Below, one piece after another: positions 8,950 through 18,488 of a stretch of 64,000 bases of DNA (position 1 is the first letter of the stretch; each line of letters opens with the position of its first letter). Source of the stretch: Caulobacteraceae bacterium (GTDB taxonomy: Bacteria > Pseudomonadota > Alphaproteobacteria > Caulobacterales > Aquidulcibacteraceae); contig WRPF01000009.1 in assembly GCA_009773335.1 (NCBI GenBank), positions 7,109 to 71,108 on the forward strand, written 5' to 3'. A program made the translations under genes and the position numbers. The notes below the pieces were generated by a model. It saw nothing but the letters and a program-made list of their open reading frames with translations. It was not told where the DNA came from and made no database searches.

Positions 8950-9729
8950 ATGAAAGTCGTTCTGTTCGCCGGCGGGTTCGGCACGCGTCTGTCGGAAGAA
9001 ACCGCAATCCGCCCGAAGCCGATGGTGGATGTGGGGCCGCGCCCCATCCTCTGGCACATCATGAAGATCTACGCCGCACACGGGCTGACGGACTTCGTCA
9101 TTCTGGGCGGCTACAAGGTCGACTTCATCCGCAACTGGCTGTTCAACTATCGCCAGAGCGTGACCGATTTCGAGATCGATTTCGCGACGGGTGAGGTGAA
9201 GTATTTCCCCCGTGACGCCGAACCGTGGAAGGTCACGGTGCTCGACACCGGCCTCGATACGATGACCGGCGGCCGACTGAAACGCGCCCGCGAGGTCATC
9301 GGCGACGAAGCCTTCTGCCTGACGTATGGCGACGGCGTGAGCGACGTGAACGTCACCGAACTCGTCGACTTCCACAGGAAGTCCGGCGCAACCGCGACTG
9401 TGACCGCGGTCTATCCGCCGGGTCGCTTCGGCGTGCTTGGTCTGACCGAGGGCGACGACATGGTGACGACCTTCCGCGAGAAAGACGCCAAGGACGAGGG
9501 CCTGATCAATGGCGGCTTCTTCGTCTGCGAACCGGCGGTCTTCGACATGATCGACGGCGACGAAACGGTCTGGGAGCAAGAGCCCATGAACCGCATCGTC
9601 CACGCCGGCGGCCTTGCGGCGTATCGCCATCGCGGCTTCTGGCAGAGCATGGATACGCTTCGCGACAAGGCCGTGCTCGACAAGATGTGGGACAGCGGCA
9701 AGGCGCCGTGGAAAATCTGGAAAGACTGA
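8950..9729 (+). CDS. rfbF: glucose-1-phosphate cytidylyltransferase
   Basis: 259 aa from ATG 8950. MKVVLFAGGFGTRLSEETAIRPKPMVDVGPRPILWHIMKIY is the characteristic RfbF N-terminus. Confidence 0.9.
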   Translation: MKVVLFAGGFGTRLSEETAIRPKPMVDVGPRPILWHIMKIYAAHGLTDFVILGGYKVDFIRNWLFNYRQSVTDFEIDFATGEVKYFPRDAEPWKVTVLDTGLDTMTGGRLKRAREVIGDEAFCLTYGDGVSDVNVTELVDFHRKSGATATVTAVYPPGRFGVLGLTEGDDMVTTFREKDAKDEGLINGGFFVCEPAVFDMIDGDETVWEQEPMNRIVHAGGLAAYRHRGFWQSMDTLRDKAVLDKMWDSGKAPWKIWKD

Positions 9730-9730
9730 C

Positions 9731-10699
9731 ATGAAAACGGCACTTGTCTGCGGCGCTGGCGGATTTATCGGCGGCCACCTTGTGAGGCGCCTGAAGCGGG
9801 AAGGCTTCTGGGTGCGCGGCGTGGACCTCAAGTTCCACGAGTACAGCGAAACCGAGGCCGATGACTTCGTGATCGCCGACCTTCGCGATCCCTACACCGT
9901 GCGCAACGTGATCGACCGGCGCTTCGATGAAGTCTACCAGCTCGCGGCCGACATGGGCGGCGCCGGCTTCATCTTCACCGGCGAAAACGACGCCGACATC
10001 ATGCACAACTCGGCGACGATCAACCTGAACGTCCTCGACACCGCCTGGAAGCGCAACATCAAGCGCATCTTCTACTCTTCCTCGGCGTGCATGTATCCGG
10101 CGTACAACCAGGAAGATCCGGACAATCCCAACTGCGCCGAGGACAGCGCCTATCCGGCCGCGCCCGACAGCGAATACGGCTGGGAGAAGCTCTTCTCGGA
10201 ACGCCTCTACCTGACCTACGGTCGCCGTCGGGACATGGATACGCGGGTCGCGCGTTACCACAACATCTTCGGGCCGCAGGGCACGTGGGATGGCGGTCGC
10301 GAGAAGGCGCCGGCGGCGTTGTGCCGCAAGATCGCCAGGGCCAAGCCGGTCGACACGATTGAAATGTGGGGCGACGGACTGCAGACCCGCTCCTTCCTCT
10401 ACGTGGACGAATGCGTCGAAGGCACGATCCGACTGACGCGCTCGGGCGTCACGGTGCCGGTCAACATCGGCTCCGACGAGATGGTCTCGATCAACGGCCT
10501 GGCCGGCATCATCGCCGACATCGCCGGCAAAAAAATCGACATCAACCACATTCCGGGGCCGCAAGGGGTGCGGGGCCGGAACTCGGACAACCGCCTCATC
10601 AGGGAGATGCTGGGGTGGGCGCCGTCGCAGCCGCTCCGCGCGGGCCTCGAGAAGAGCTACGAGTGGATCGAGAAGCAGGTGATGCGCAACGCCGCCTGA
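9731..10699 (+). CDS. GDP-mannose-3,5-epimerase-like NAD-dependent epimerase
   Basis: 322 aa from ATG 9731. GAGGFIGGHL, YGWEK, and the GME-like block RYHNIFGPQGTWDGGREKAPAALCRK...EMWGDGLQTRSFLYVDECVEG...NIGSDEMVS. Confidence 0.85.
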   Translation: MKTALVCGAGGFIGGHLVRRLKREGFWVRGVDLKFHEYSETEADDFVIADLRDPYTVRNVIDRRFDEVYQLAADMGGAGFIFTGENDADIMHNSATINLNVLDTAWKRNIKRIFYSSSACMYPAYNQEDPDNPNCAEDSAYPAAPDSEYGWEKLFSERLYLTYGRRRDMDTRVARYHNIFGPQGTWDGGREKAPAALCRKIARAKPVDTIEMWGDGLQTRSFLYVDECVEGTIRLTRSGVTVPVNIGSDEMVSINGLAGIIADIAGKKIDINHIPGPQGVRGRNSDNRLIREMLGWAPSQPLRAGLEKSYEWIEKQVMRNAA

Positions 10700-10788
10700 A
10701 TTGTCGCGGGATTATGAGTTCCCCATTTTGGGTACAATGATTGCAAGCTTGTCATCCCAAAGACATGTACAGTCTCGGGTGAATTCAG

Positions 10789-12000
10789 ATGTCAGTCAGG
10801 GGAAATTCGATGGCGAGCGGGGCGACCTGGAACCGTGACAAACGTATTCCGGTCGCCGGGCCACAGATCACCGATGCGGAAGTGGCCCTCGTGGCCGACG
10901 CCGCGCGCAACGGCTGGTATGAGAACGCCAACGCCTACATCAACCAGTTCGAGCGCCTCGTGGCGGACTATTGCGGCGTGAAGCATGCGATCGCGGTTTC
11001 CCATGCCACGTCGGCGATCCATCTGGCGCTTGAGACGCTTGGCGTGACGGAAGGCGACGAAGTCATCGCGCCGGATATCACCTGGATCGCGTCTGTCGCA
11101 CCCATCTACCAGACGGGCGCCGACGCCGTTCTCGTCGACATGAAGGAAGACACCTGGTGCATTGATCCGGCCGCCATCGAGCGCGCGATCACGCCGCGCA
11201 CGAAGGCCATCCTCGGCGTCGATCTCTACGGCTCCATGTGCGACTGGCCGGCCATAGAGAAGATTGCGCGGGAACGCGGAATCAAGGTGATCGAGGATGC
11301 GGCGGAAGCGCTTGGATCCAGCCTCGACGGCAGGCGCGCCGGCGCCTTCGGCGACATTTCTGTCCTCAGCTTCCACGGCTCCAAGACCGTCACGACCGGC
11401 GAAGGCGGCATGCTGCTGACGAACGACGAGGCGCTCTATCGCCGCGCGCTCTTCCTTCGCGATCACGGCCGGACGAACGTCCAGGGCCGTTACCAGATGT
11501 TTTTCAACACGGAAATCGCGTTCAAGTACAAGATGAGCGCGATGCAGGCGGCGCTGGGCGTCGGCCAGATGAAGCGTATCGACGCCCTCATCGAGCACAA
11601 ACGCAACACCTTCGAGTGGTACCGCAAGCGTCTCTCGGGGCTCAACGGCGTTTCGATCAATGTCGAGCCGCCGAATGTCTTCAATTGCTTCTGGATGCCG
11701 ACGATCGTGCTCGATCCGAGCCTCGGCGTGACGCGCAACGACATCATGGAAGGCCTCGACGCCCGCGGCGTCGATTCGCGCCCGTTCTTCACGCCGCTGA
11801 CCGACATGCCGGCGTTCGCCGAGCACAAGGCGGCGCAGCGCTTCGCGAAGGCCAACGTCGTCGGCGCGCGGATCGCCCCGTATGCTGTGAACCTGCCGTC
11901 GAGCGCGCTCACGACCGAAGATGACGTCGACTATGTCTGTGCGGCGATTCTCGAAATTCTGCGCGAGGGAGAGGTGGCGGAGCGGGCCATCGCCAGCTGA
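10789..12000 (+). CDS. DegT/DnrJ/EryC1/StrS-family sugar aminotransferase
   Basis: 403 aa. PLP-lysine context SFHGSKTVTTGEGGML. DAAEALGS. An alternative ATG exists at 10810. Confidence 0.9.
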   Translation: MSVRGNSMASGATWNRDKRIPVAGPQITDAEVALVADAARNGWYENANAYINQFERLVADYCGVKHAIAVSHATSAIHLALETLGVTEGDEVIAPDITWIASVAPIYQTGADAVLVDMKEDTWCIDPAAIERAITPRTKAILGVDLYGSMCDWPAIEKIARERGIKVIEDAAEALGSSLDGRRAGAFGDISVLSFHGSKTVTTGEGGMLLTNDEALYRRALFLRDHGRTNVQGRYQMFFNTEIAFKYKMSAMQAALGVGQMKRIDALIEHKRNTFEWYRKRLSGLNGVSINVEPPNVFNCFWMPTIVLDPSLGVTRNDIMEGLDARGVDSRPFFTPLTDMPAFAEHKAAQRFAKANVVGARIAPYAVNLPSSALTTEDDVDYVCAAILEILREGEVAERAIAS

Positions 12001-12119
12001 TTGGCGAGACCGGATCGTCGAGCTTCACGCGGCGCCCAAATTGCGACGCCAATGTCCTGCAGAGTTCAGACTGACCCGTGGGACAAGGCCTTGTGATCAC
12101 ACCTCTCCGAAACAAGACG

Positions 12120-13277
12120 ATGCAGCGTCGGCTGCGGCTATGGCGATTGTTGTCGCTTGCGATCTGCGTTTCCGCAGTTGGCTGCCTTGATGCATCACCG
12201 CAGCAGGTCGATCGTCATCATCAGAGTGGACTTCTGACAGAGACTTTCGCGCGCGGCCTCTCTTTCCCGTGGGCGCTCGCGTTCCTGCCTGATGGGCGCA
12301 TGCTTGTAACGGAGCGCGAGGGGCGCCTGCGCATCGTTTCGGCCGAAGGCGTCGTGTCGGAACCGCTCGCGGGCGTGCCGGAGGTCGACAGCGGCGCCTA
12401 CAGCGGACTGCTCGACGTTGCGGTCCATCCCCGTTTCCGCGATAACCACCTCGTATTCTTGGCGTTTTCGGAACCGCGAGCGCGCGGGTCCGCCATCGCG
12501 GTCGCCCGTGCGACACTTGCGGCGAACGCGTTGACGCAAGTGGAGGTCATTTTCCAGCAGACGCCGGGCTACGACTACGCTGTGCACAATGGATCGCGGC
12601 TTGCCTTCGGTCCGGACGGCGCGCTTTACGTCACGCTCGGCGACCGGAACCGGTCCAGCATGGCCCAGGATCTGGATGGCTACGGCGGCAAGATCGTGCG
12701 TATCGGCGCGGACGGAACGGCGATGTCGGACAATCCGTTCGTCGGGCGTGTCGACGCGCGACCGGAAATCTGGGCGATCGGGCTCCGCAATGCGCAAGGC
12801 CTTGCATTCGAGCCGGGCGCGAATCGCCTCTGGGCGGTGGACCACGGTCCCAACGATGGCGACGAACTGAACATCATCACCCGCGGCGCCAACTTCGGCT
12901 GGCCGCTCGTGTCTTCGGGCGGTCTGGAGCCCGATGAACAACCGACGCGCGCGCTGCAGGCGCAGGCCGCAGCGCACCCGCCCGCAACGGTCGCTCCGGT
13001 CCGAACGTGGACGCCGGCTATCGCGCCTTCTGCGGTGATGTTCTACACCGGACGCCGCTTTCAAGACTGGCGCGGGGATCTGTTTGTCGGCGCGCTTGCG
13101 GGCAAGGCCCTCATTCACCTGAAAGTGCGCGGCGGGCGCGTTGTGTCCGAGGAACGTCTGCTGGAAGCGTTGGACGAACGAATCCGTGACGTGCAGGAAG
13201 GGCCGGATGGTCTGATCTATGTGCTGACCGACAATGCGGAAGGCCGCATCCTGCGCCTCTCGCCGACATCGCGCTGA
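12120..13277 (+). CDS. PQQ-dependent soluble sugar (aldose/sorbosone) dehydrogenase, probable lipoprotein
   Basis: LSFPWALAFLPDGRMLVTEREGRLRIV and HNGSRLAFGPDGALYVTLGD. Start set at ATG 12120 (MQRRLRLWRLLSLAICVSAVGC, lipobox-like). The track ORF starts at GTG 12078. Confidence 0.8.
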   Translation: MQRRLRLWRLLSLAICVSAVGCLDASPQQVDRHHQSGLLTETFARGLSFPWALAFLPDGRMLVTEREGRLRIVSAEGVVSEPLAGVPEVDSGAYSGLLDVAVHPRFRDNHLVFLAFSEPRARGSAIAVARATLAANALTQVEVIFQQTPGYDYAVHNGSRLAFGPDGALYVTLGDRNRSSMAQDLDGYGGKIVRIGADGTAMSDNPFVGRVDARPEIWAIGLRNAQGLAFEPGANRLWAVDHGPNDGDELNIITRGANFGWPLVSSGGLEPDEQPTRALQAQAAAHPPATVAPVRTWTPAIAPSAVMFYTGRRFQDWRGDLFVGALAGKALIHLKVRGGRVVSEERLLEALDERIRDVQEGPDGLIYVLTDNAEGRILRLSPTSR

Positions 13278-13389
13278 CCGCCGCGGCCTGGCGTTTGCAT
13301 GCCGTACAACCTGCCTGCCGTCGTCCGGGGCCATGGCTGGAATCGACCAGCGCTGCTAAGCCACGTGCTCAATTCAGGATCAGGATAAC

Positions 13390-14100
13390 GTGCGCATGGC
13401 CTCGCTGTCGAAACTCATGTCGATCGCCGCCGAACCGCGCGCCTGGGCGCCGCTTCGCCATGGCGTCGCCGCGACGATGGATCACAAGCACGCGCTCGAC
13501 CGGTTCGCGTTCAGGTCGGTGGTCGATGTCGGCGCCAACAAGGGTCAGTTCGCGGCGTTCGCAATGGCGATGTGGCCCGACGCGAAGCTCCATTGTTTCG
13601 AGCCGTTGCCGGGCCCGCGCGCGAAGCTGACCGCAGTGACTGCGGGCCGGGCGAAGATCTTCGATTGTGCGCTCGGCGTCGAGGACGGAGCCGCAGACAT
13701 GCACATCGCCAGCCGCGACGATTCCTCGTCGCTCCTGCCGCTGGGCGAGAAGCAGAAAAGCCTCTTCAACATGACCGAAAGCGGCGCGCTCCGGGTGGCG
13801 GTGCGCCGTCTGGATGCGTGCGTTCCCGCCGCAGCTCTTACGCAGCCGTCGCTCCTCAAGATCGATGTGCAGGGGTTTGAACTTCAGGTGCTGAACGGCG
13901 CAACCGACACGCTGCCGGCGATCGACGTCATCTACGCCGAACTGTCGCTGGTCGAACTGTACAAGGGTCAAGCGCTGGCCAACGAGGTGATCGCGTTGCT
14001 CGAAGCCTGCGGCTTCATGCTCGCCGGCGTGTTCAACCAGTCGCTAGGCGAGGGCGGCGAAGCGGTCCAGGCGGATTTCCTGTTCACGCGGCGGGCATAG
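13390..14100 (+). CDS. FkbM-family methyltransferase
   Basis: 236 aa. VVDVGANKGQF SAM motif and LLKIDVQGFELQVLNG, typical of FkbM. Confidence 0.85.
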   Translation: MRMASLSKLMSIAAEPRAWAPLRHGVAATMDHKHALDRFAFRSVVDVGANKGQFAAFAMAMWPDAKLHCFEPLPGPRAKLTAVTAGRAKIFDCALGVEDGAADMHIASRDDSSSLLPLGEKQKSLFNMTESGALRVAVRRLDACVPAAALTQPSLLKIDVQGFELQVLNGATDTLPAIDVIYAELSLVELYKGQALANEVIALLEACGFMLAGVFNQSLGEGGEAVQADFLFTRRA

Positions 14101-14195
14101 TCGCTGCGCGTCGTGCGCAAACCGATGGCGATGCGGCAGTTCAACGGCTAAGACCCGACCGGGCGGCGCAGGGCCGCCGAAACCTCCGGCGGACG

Positions 14196-14612
14196 ATGAC
14201 TGAACAGGACCAGACCTTCACGGGCGGACGCGGCGCGCGGACGCCATCGCCTTGGCGCGCGCATCTGATCTGGGCGTTCCTGCTTGTGGCGCTTGTGGCG
14301 CTGATCATCTGGGGCGGGCTGGTCGCCCAGGACCCGCTGCAGCCGTTCATCCAGAGCGACAAGACCCGCCATATCCTGGCGTTCGGATGTCTGGGATTCG
14401 CGGCGTCGCTTCACCCGCGCCCGGGATTCCGGCTGGCTGGCGTCATTGGCGTTGCAGGATTCGGCGTTGCGCTGGAGATCCTGCAGGAGGTCTTTGGTCC
14501 CGGACGCGAGATGTCGTTGAAGGATCTCTTCTTCAGCACGGTCGGCACGTTCGCAGGATTCGGCGTCGGCGCCGCAGTCGCGCTGGCGTTCGCCCCGCCG
14601 CAGACGCGCTGA
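14196..14612 (+). CDS. small membrane protein, VanZ-like
   Basis: 138 aa, 3-4 hydrophobic helices. DKTRHILAFGCLGF and LEILQEVF resemble VanZ-family motifs. The assignment is weak. Confidence 0.5.
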   Translation: MTEQDQTFTGGRGARTPSPWRAHLIWAFLLVALVALIIWGGLVAQDPLQPFIQSDKTRHILAFGCLGFAASLHPRPGFRLAGVIGVAGFGVALEILQEVFGPGREMSLKDLFFSTVGTFAGFGVGAAVALAFAPPQTR

Positions 14613-14630
14613 CCCGTTCGGATTCCACCT

Positions 14631-15875
14631 CTAGCGGGTTGCAGGCCTCATCGCGGGATGCGCCGTGGCGGCGGGCTTCGCCTTCGCGGATTCCGCTGCC
14701 GTCGCTGGCGCCTTCCAGGGCAACACGCCCAGCCACATGAGCAACGGGAACGCGCTCAGGTTCACGTTTCGTGGCGCGAAGAAGTACTCGATATGGCAGG
14801 CGAGCATCACGAAGCCGAGGCGGCGGTCCTGCCGGAACGCCCAGATGGTGCCGACCACAAGCATCATGTTCAGTGCGAGCCCGAAGATCAGGCCGAATTC
14901 GGCGAAATTTTTCAGATAGCCATTGTGGATCGGCAGGCCGAGGAGGGTCTTGCCGGACTGTTGCATCCCCCGGCCCGTGAGCGGGGTCGCGGTCATGTCC
15001 TGCAACGCGACGGCCCAGGTCTCGTCACGGCCCACAAAACCGCTTCCCATTCCGCGCAGCGGATTGTTGGCCATGAAGATCTTGTTGGCCACGAAATCCG
15101 TCGCCCGATCCAATGTCTGCGGCGAAAACAACAGGAGAAGACACGCCGCCACTGCGCCGGCGGCGCCGATCGCGATGAGGCGCGGCCCCAGTCCGCGTTG
15201 TCCCCACATCTCCACGCCGCCGATCACCACCAGCACCGCCAGCAGCGCGCCGCGCGCCTGCACCTGGATGAGACAGAAGATGGCCAGTGCATAGCCGAGC
15301 CAGCGCAGGGAGGGCGTCTTCATGAACGCTATCAGCATGACCGCGCCGGCCAGAAGCTCGCCGCCGTAGTTGGGGTGCAGGCCCCAGAACAGGGACCGGT
15401 CCCAGATCTTTATGGGGAAGAACTGGAGGTGGATCGCCGAGGCGATCAGGAAGAAGAGCGCCAGCGGCGAGGCGGCGCGGCCGAAGTCCTCAAAGCTCAT
15501 GCGGCGCGCCATCAGGTCGAACCCGATGAAAGAGATGAGGAACTGGACCGTGAGCTGGAAGACCTCGACGTTGAATTTCGGATCGGGCCGAAGCACCAGT
15601 GTCGCAAGCTGCGTGAGGTACGCGCCCAGCAGCATGGCGGAAATGAACATCGCCGGGCCGGACAGCTTGAGATTGTGCTTGCGCATGAGCACCAGCGCGC
15701 AGCCCAGCAGGACCAGGCCGAACAGGATCTGCGTCGCCCGGTAGGGAAACTGCATCAGGCCGGCCACGGTGATCAGTTCGCCCTGCGGCCCGAGGAACAC
15801 GTGGACCATGTAGGGCGTGAAGAAGAAGAACAGGACGATCCAGGGGGAATTGTCCCAGGTGAAGGCCTTGGGCAC
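14631..15875 (-). CDS. O-antigen ligase/polymerase family membrane protein (Wzy-like)
   Basis: Polytopic. Large loop with ...QVQARGALLAV... (Wzy_C-like). Start moved to GTG 15875, which is preceded by AGGAGAA at about 7 nt. The track ORF begins at TTG 15902. Confidence 0.75.
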   Translation of the reverse strand: MPKAFTWDNSPWIVLFFFFTPYMVHVFLGPQGELITVAGLMQFPYRATQILFGLVLLGCALVLMRKHNLKLSGPAMFISAMLLGAYLTQLATLVLRPDPKFNVEVFQLTVQFLISFIGFDLMARRMSFEDFGRAASPLALFFLIASAIHLQFFPIKIWDRSLFWGLHPNYGGELLAGAVMLIAFMKTPSLRWLGYALAIFCLIQVQARGALLAVLVVIGGVEMWGQRGLGPRLIAIGAAGAVAACLLLLFSPQTLDRATDFVANKIFMANNPLRGMGSGFVGRDETWAVALQDMTATPLTGRGMQQSGKTLLGLPIHNGYLKNFAEFGLIFGLALNMMLVVGTIWAFRQDRRLGFVMLACHIEYFFAPRNVNLSAFPLLMWLGVLPWKAPATAAESAKAKPAATAHPAMRPATR

Positions 15876-16077
15876 GGCTGTTCTCCTCTGCGCGACCCTC
15901 AAGGCGGCGCGTATCCATCAGGTCGTTCGCGCGGTGCATGTATCGCGCCAGCGAGCATGGTGAACAAGCCCGCCGGCAGCGCACCCTGCGGCGAAACGGC
16001 GGCCGCCTCTGGTCCGTTGTTTGCGAGGCGCGGGGCGTGATACGTCCGGCCCCGTCGGGTGATTCTGGATTAACCTC

Positions 16078-16974
16078 ATGGACGCGCAGCAGATCAACGC
16101 AAGGCCCGCCGGCGCGCCGGCCGCCCTCCCGTATCCGACCGTGGCCTGCAAGCTGCGGGTCATCACGCTCGCGCGCAACGAGGAACGCGACCTGCCGCTC
16201 TGCTTTTCCTGCATTCCGGACGGCATCAAGGTTACGGTGATCGATTCCGGCAGCTCTGACTCCACGCCGGACATTGCGCGCGCCGCCGGGGCGGAGGTTG
16301 TCTTCCACGAGTTCACGGGCTTCGCGAACCAGCGCAATTTCGGTCTCACCGAAGCCGGCGTCACCGAGTCCTGGGCGCTCTTCATCGACGCGGACGAAGT
16401 CTACACGCGCGAGTTCTGGGAGTGGGCCGAAAAGTGGCTCGCAGACGATCCGCAGATCGATTTTGTCTACATCTCGCAATACATGGCGCTCGACGGCTAC
16501 ATCCTCAAGCACGCGCCGGCCTACCCGCTGTGGCACCCCCGTCTCGTGCGCACCGGCTCGCCGAAGTTCGTGCAGGGGGACGCCGGCATGCACAGCGAGA
16601 GCATTGGCGCTGACCTGCGCTGCATCAACCTCGACATTCCCTATATCCATTACTGGCAGAGCGGCTCGATGAAGGGCTGGGCTGAAAAGCACCTGCGCCT
16701 GGCGGTCGAGGATGTGACGTCGACGAACACGACCGACGGAAAGAAGACCATCCGCGCGCGGATCAACCGCATGCTGGGCGACGGCTTCATCAAGGTCGCC
16801 GGACGCTTCTTCTATCACTATCTGCTGTGCGGCGGGTTCATGGACGGCCGCGCCGGATTCCGGTTCAGCGTGATGTACTCCTGGTACGAGATGTCGAAGT
16901 GGATGCTGCGCGACGGGCCTCGCGAGTATCCGGTGGTTGTGCCGCCTGCAAACGTCATCCGTCGTTCAAAGTGA
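16078..16974 (+). CDS. glycosyltransferase family 2
   Basis: 298 aa. VITLARNEERDLP, IDSGSSDST, FIDADE (DxD). Confidence 0.8.
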   Translation: MDAQQINARPAGAPAALPYPTVACKLRVITLARNEERDLPLCFSCIPDGIKVTVIDSGSSDSTPDIARAAGAEVVFHEFTGFANQRNFGLTEAGVTESWALFIDADEVYTREFWEWAEKWLADDPQIDFVYISQYMALDGYILKHAPAYPLWHPRLVRTGSPKFVQGDAGMHSESIGADLRCINLDIPYIHYWQSGSMKGWAEKHLRLAVEDVTSTNTTDGKKTIRARINRMLGDGFIKVAGRFFYHYLLCGGFMDGRAGFRFSVMYSWYEMSKWMLRDGPREYPVVVPPANVIRRSK

Positions 16975-17025
16975 CGGTCTCGCGCGCGCTCAAGCCCTTG
17001 CGCGGTTGAGGAGACCGAACGGTCG

Positions 17026-18486
17026 ATGTTGCGGTTCCTGTCTTTCGCCACGCTCTCGCAGCTCGCGATCATCGCCAGCCAGCTCGTGCTTCTGCCGCTG
17101 CAGATCCACGTCTGGGGACACGACATCGTCGCTCTCTGGCTGTCCACGCTTGCGCTCACCGGCATACTGAATGTGTCGGATCTCGGCTTGCGCAACGCTG
17201 GCTTCGCCGCGCTCGCAGCAAACGCCCCACCCGAACGCTTCTCCACCCTGTGGACGATCATGCGCGGGCACATGGGGCTGGCCACGCTCGCGGTGCTCGC
17301 GGTCGTGGCTGCATGGCTTGCGCCGCGCGCCGGCGCGGAGGGCTCGCTGTTTCTCTTCGTGCTCGCCCTGGCAGCCACGGCGGAGGTGTTCCTTGGACTG
17401 CGCGTCACCTTCATGGAAGCAAAGGGGCTCATCGCACCGGCGGAGGCCTTGTTCTTCGCGATGGCCGCTTCGCGCGTCGTGATCGCCGGCGTGCTCATCG
17501 CGTTCTTCAACGCGGGCCCGCTTCTGGTCTCCATCGTCTGGCTCCTCTCCGCCGTGTGCGCAGTATGCGCGCAGAGTTTCTTCCGGTTCGTGCGCGAGAC
17601 ATCGCCCGCATTCGGGAACTGGAAGCTGGAGGATGTCGCCGCCGCCTATCGCGACGCCGCATGGTCCGCCGCCACGCCGCTGGTGCAATGGGCGCAGCTA
17701 CAGGCGCCGGTCATCGCGCTTTCGGTGTTCGCTGCGCCGGCGCTCGTCTCTTCCTTCGTCGCCATCCGGGCCCTGTTCGGCACCATGCGAAGCATCCTGC
17801 AGCACGTGAGCCGGCTTGCTTCGATCAAGTTCGGCGACTGGGCGCGCGAAAAGGGCGAGAGTCGCGCCCAAGCGCTGTTGCTGCTCGTCGGCGCGTTCGC
17901 CGCCTGGATCGCGCTCGGGTTCGGGCTCGCCCTGTTTGCCGAGAACTTCACGATCACCGGCAAGCTGTTCGATCTGCCGCCGGATGACAGCGTGCGCATG
18001 ATCGCTTTCGCGGTGACCTTCTCGACGGTCCTGTCGGTGCACAGCCTCTTCACGCTCGCGCTTGCGCGTTTCGGCCGTTTCGCGCTGACCGGAATCGCGA
18101 ACTACGCTTACGTCACTGTCGTCGTCGTTGCATGTCTTGTTGCGGCGATGTCCGGCAGCATCCTGGTGCTGCTCGCGGGGCTTGTGATTGCCGATGCCGG
18201 CCTTCTCCTGCTCGTGGTCGGGCTGACGACGCGCCGCGACGGGGAGCCTGTCCTGCAGCACGCACGCGTCACCTTCTTCGTCGCCGTGGCGTCGTGCCTG
18301 GTTGTCGCGACCGTCTGCTGGAAGATTTTCCTGGGCCCCGATGTCCATGAGGACTTCTGGAGTCTCGCGGTGTCCGAAGCGGCGGCCCTGGTGATCTGGC
18401 TGTCGATCGGAGCGGCGCTCTGGCTTCGGACGGGGCCGACAGTGCGCGGTCTCTTGGCTTCCGCGCCCCCGGCGAATACCGGCTGA
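17026..18486 (+). CDS. polysaccharide flippase-like membrane protein (Wzx/MOP-type)
   Basis: 486 aa, 12 or more hydrophobic segments. Position between glycosyltransferase genes. No sharp motif, so this is a context-based call. Confidence 0.6.
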   Translation: MLRFLSFATLSQLAIIASQLVLLPLQIHVWGHDIVALWLSTLALTGILNVSDLGLRNAGFAALAANAPPERFSTLWTIMRGHMGLATLAVLAVVAAWLAPRAGAEGSLFLFVLALAATAEVFLGLRVTFMEAKGLIAPAEALFFAMAASRVVIAGVLIAFFNAGPLLVSIVWLLSAVCAVCAQSFFRFVRETSPAFGNWKLEDVAAAYRDAAWSAATPLVQWAQLQAPVIALSVFAAPALVSSFVAIRALFGTMRSILQHVSRLASIKFGDWAREKGESRAQALLLLVGAFAAWIALGFGLALFAENFTITGKLFDLPPDDSVRMIAFAVTFSTVLSVHSLFTLALARFGRFALTGIANYAYVTVVVVACLVAAMSGSILVLLAGLVIADAGLLLLVVGLTTRRDGEPVLQHARVTFFVAVASCLVVATVCWKIFLGPDVHEDFWSLAVSEAAALVIWLSIGAALWLRTGPTVRGLLASAPPANTG

Positions 18487-18488
18487 GA

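Noticed and set aside
12083-12094. A perfect 12-bp palindrome ACAAGGCCTTGT upstream of the PQQ dehydrogenase gene.
   Set aside because: About 16 perfect 12-bp palindromes are expected by chance in 64 kb. There is no second copy or flanking structure, so I kept it out of the findings.
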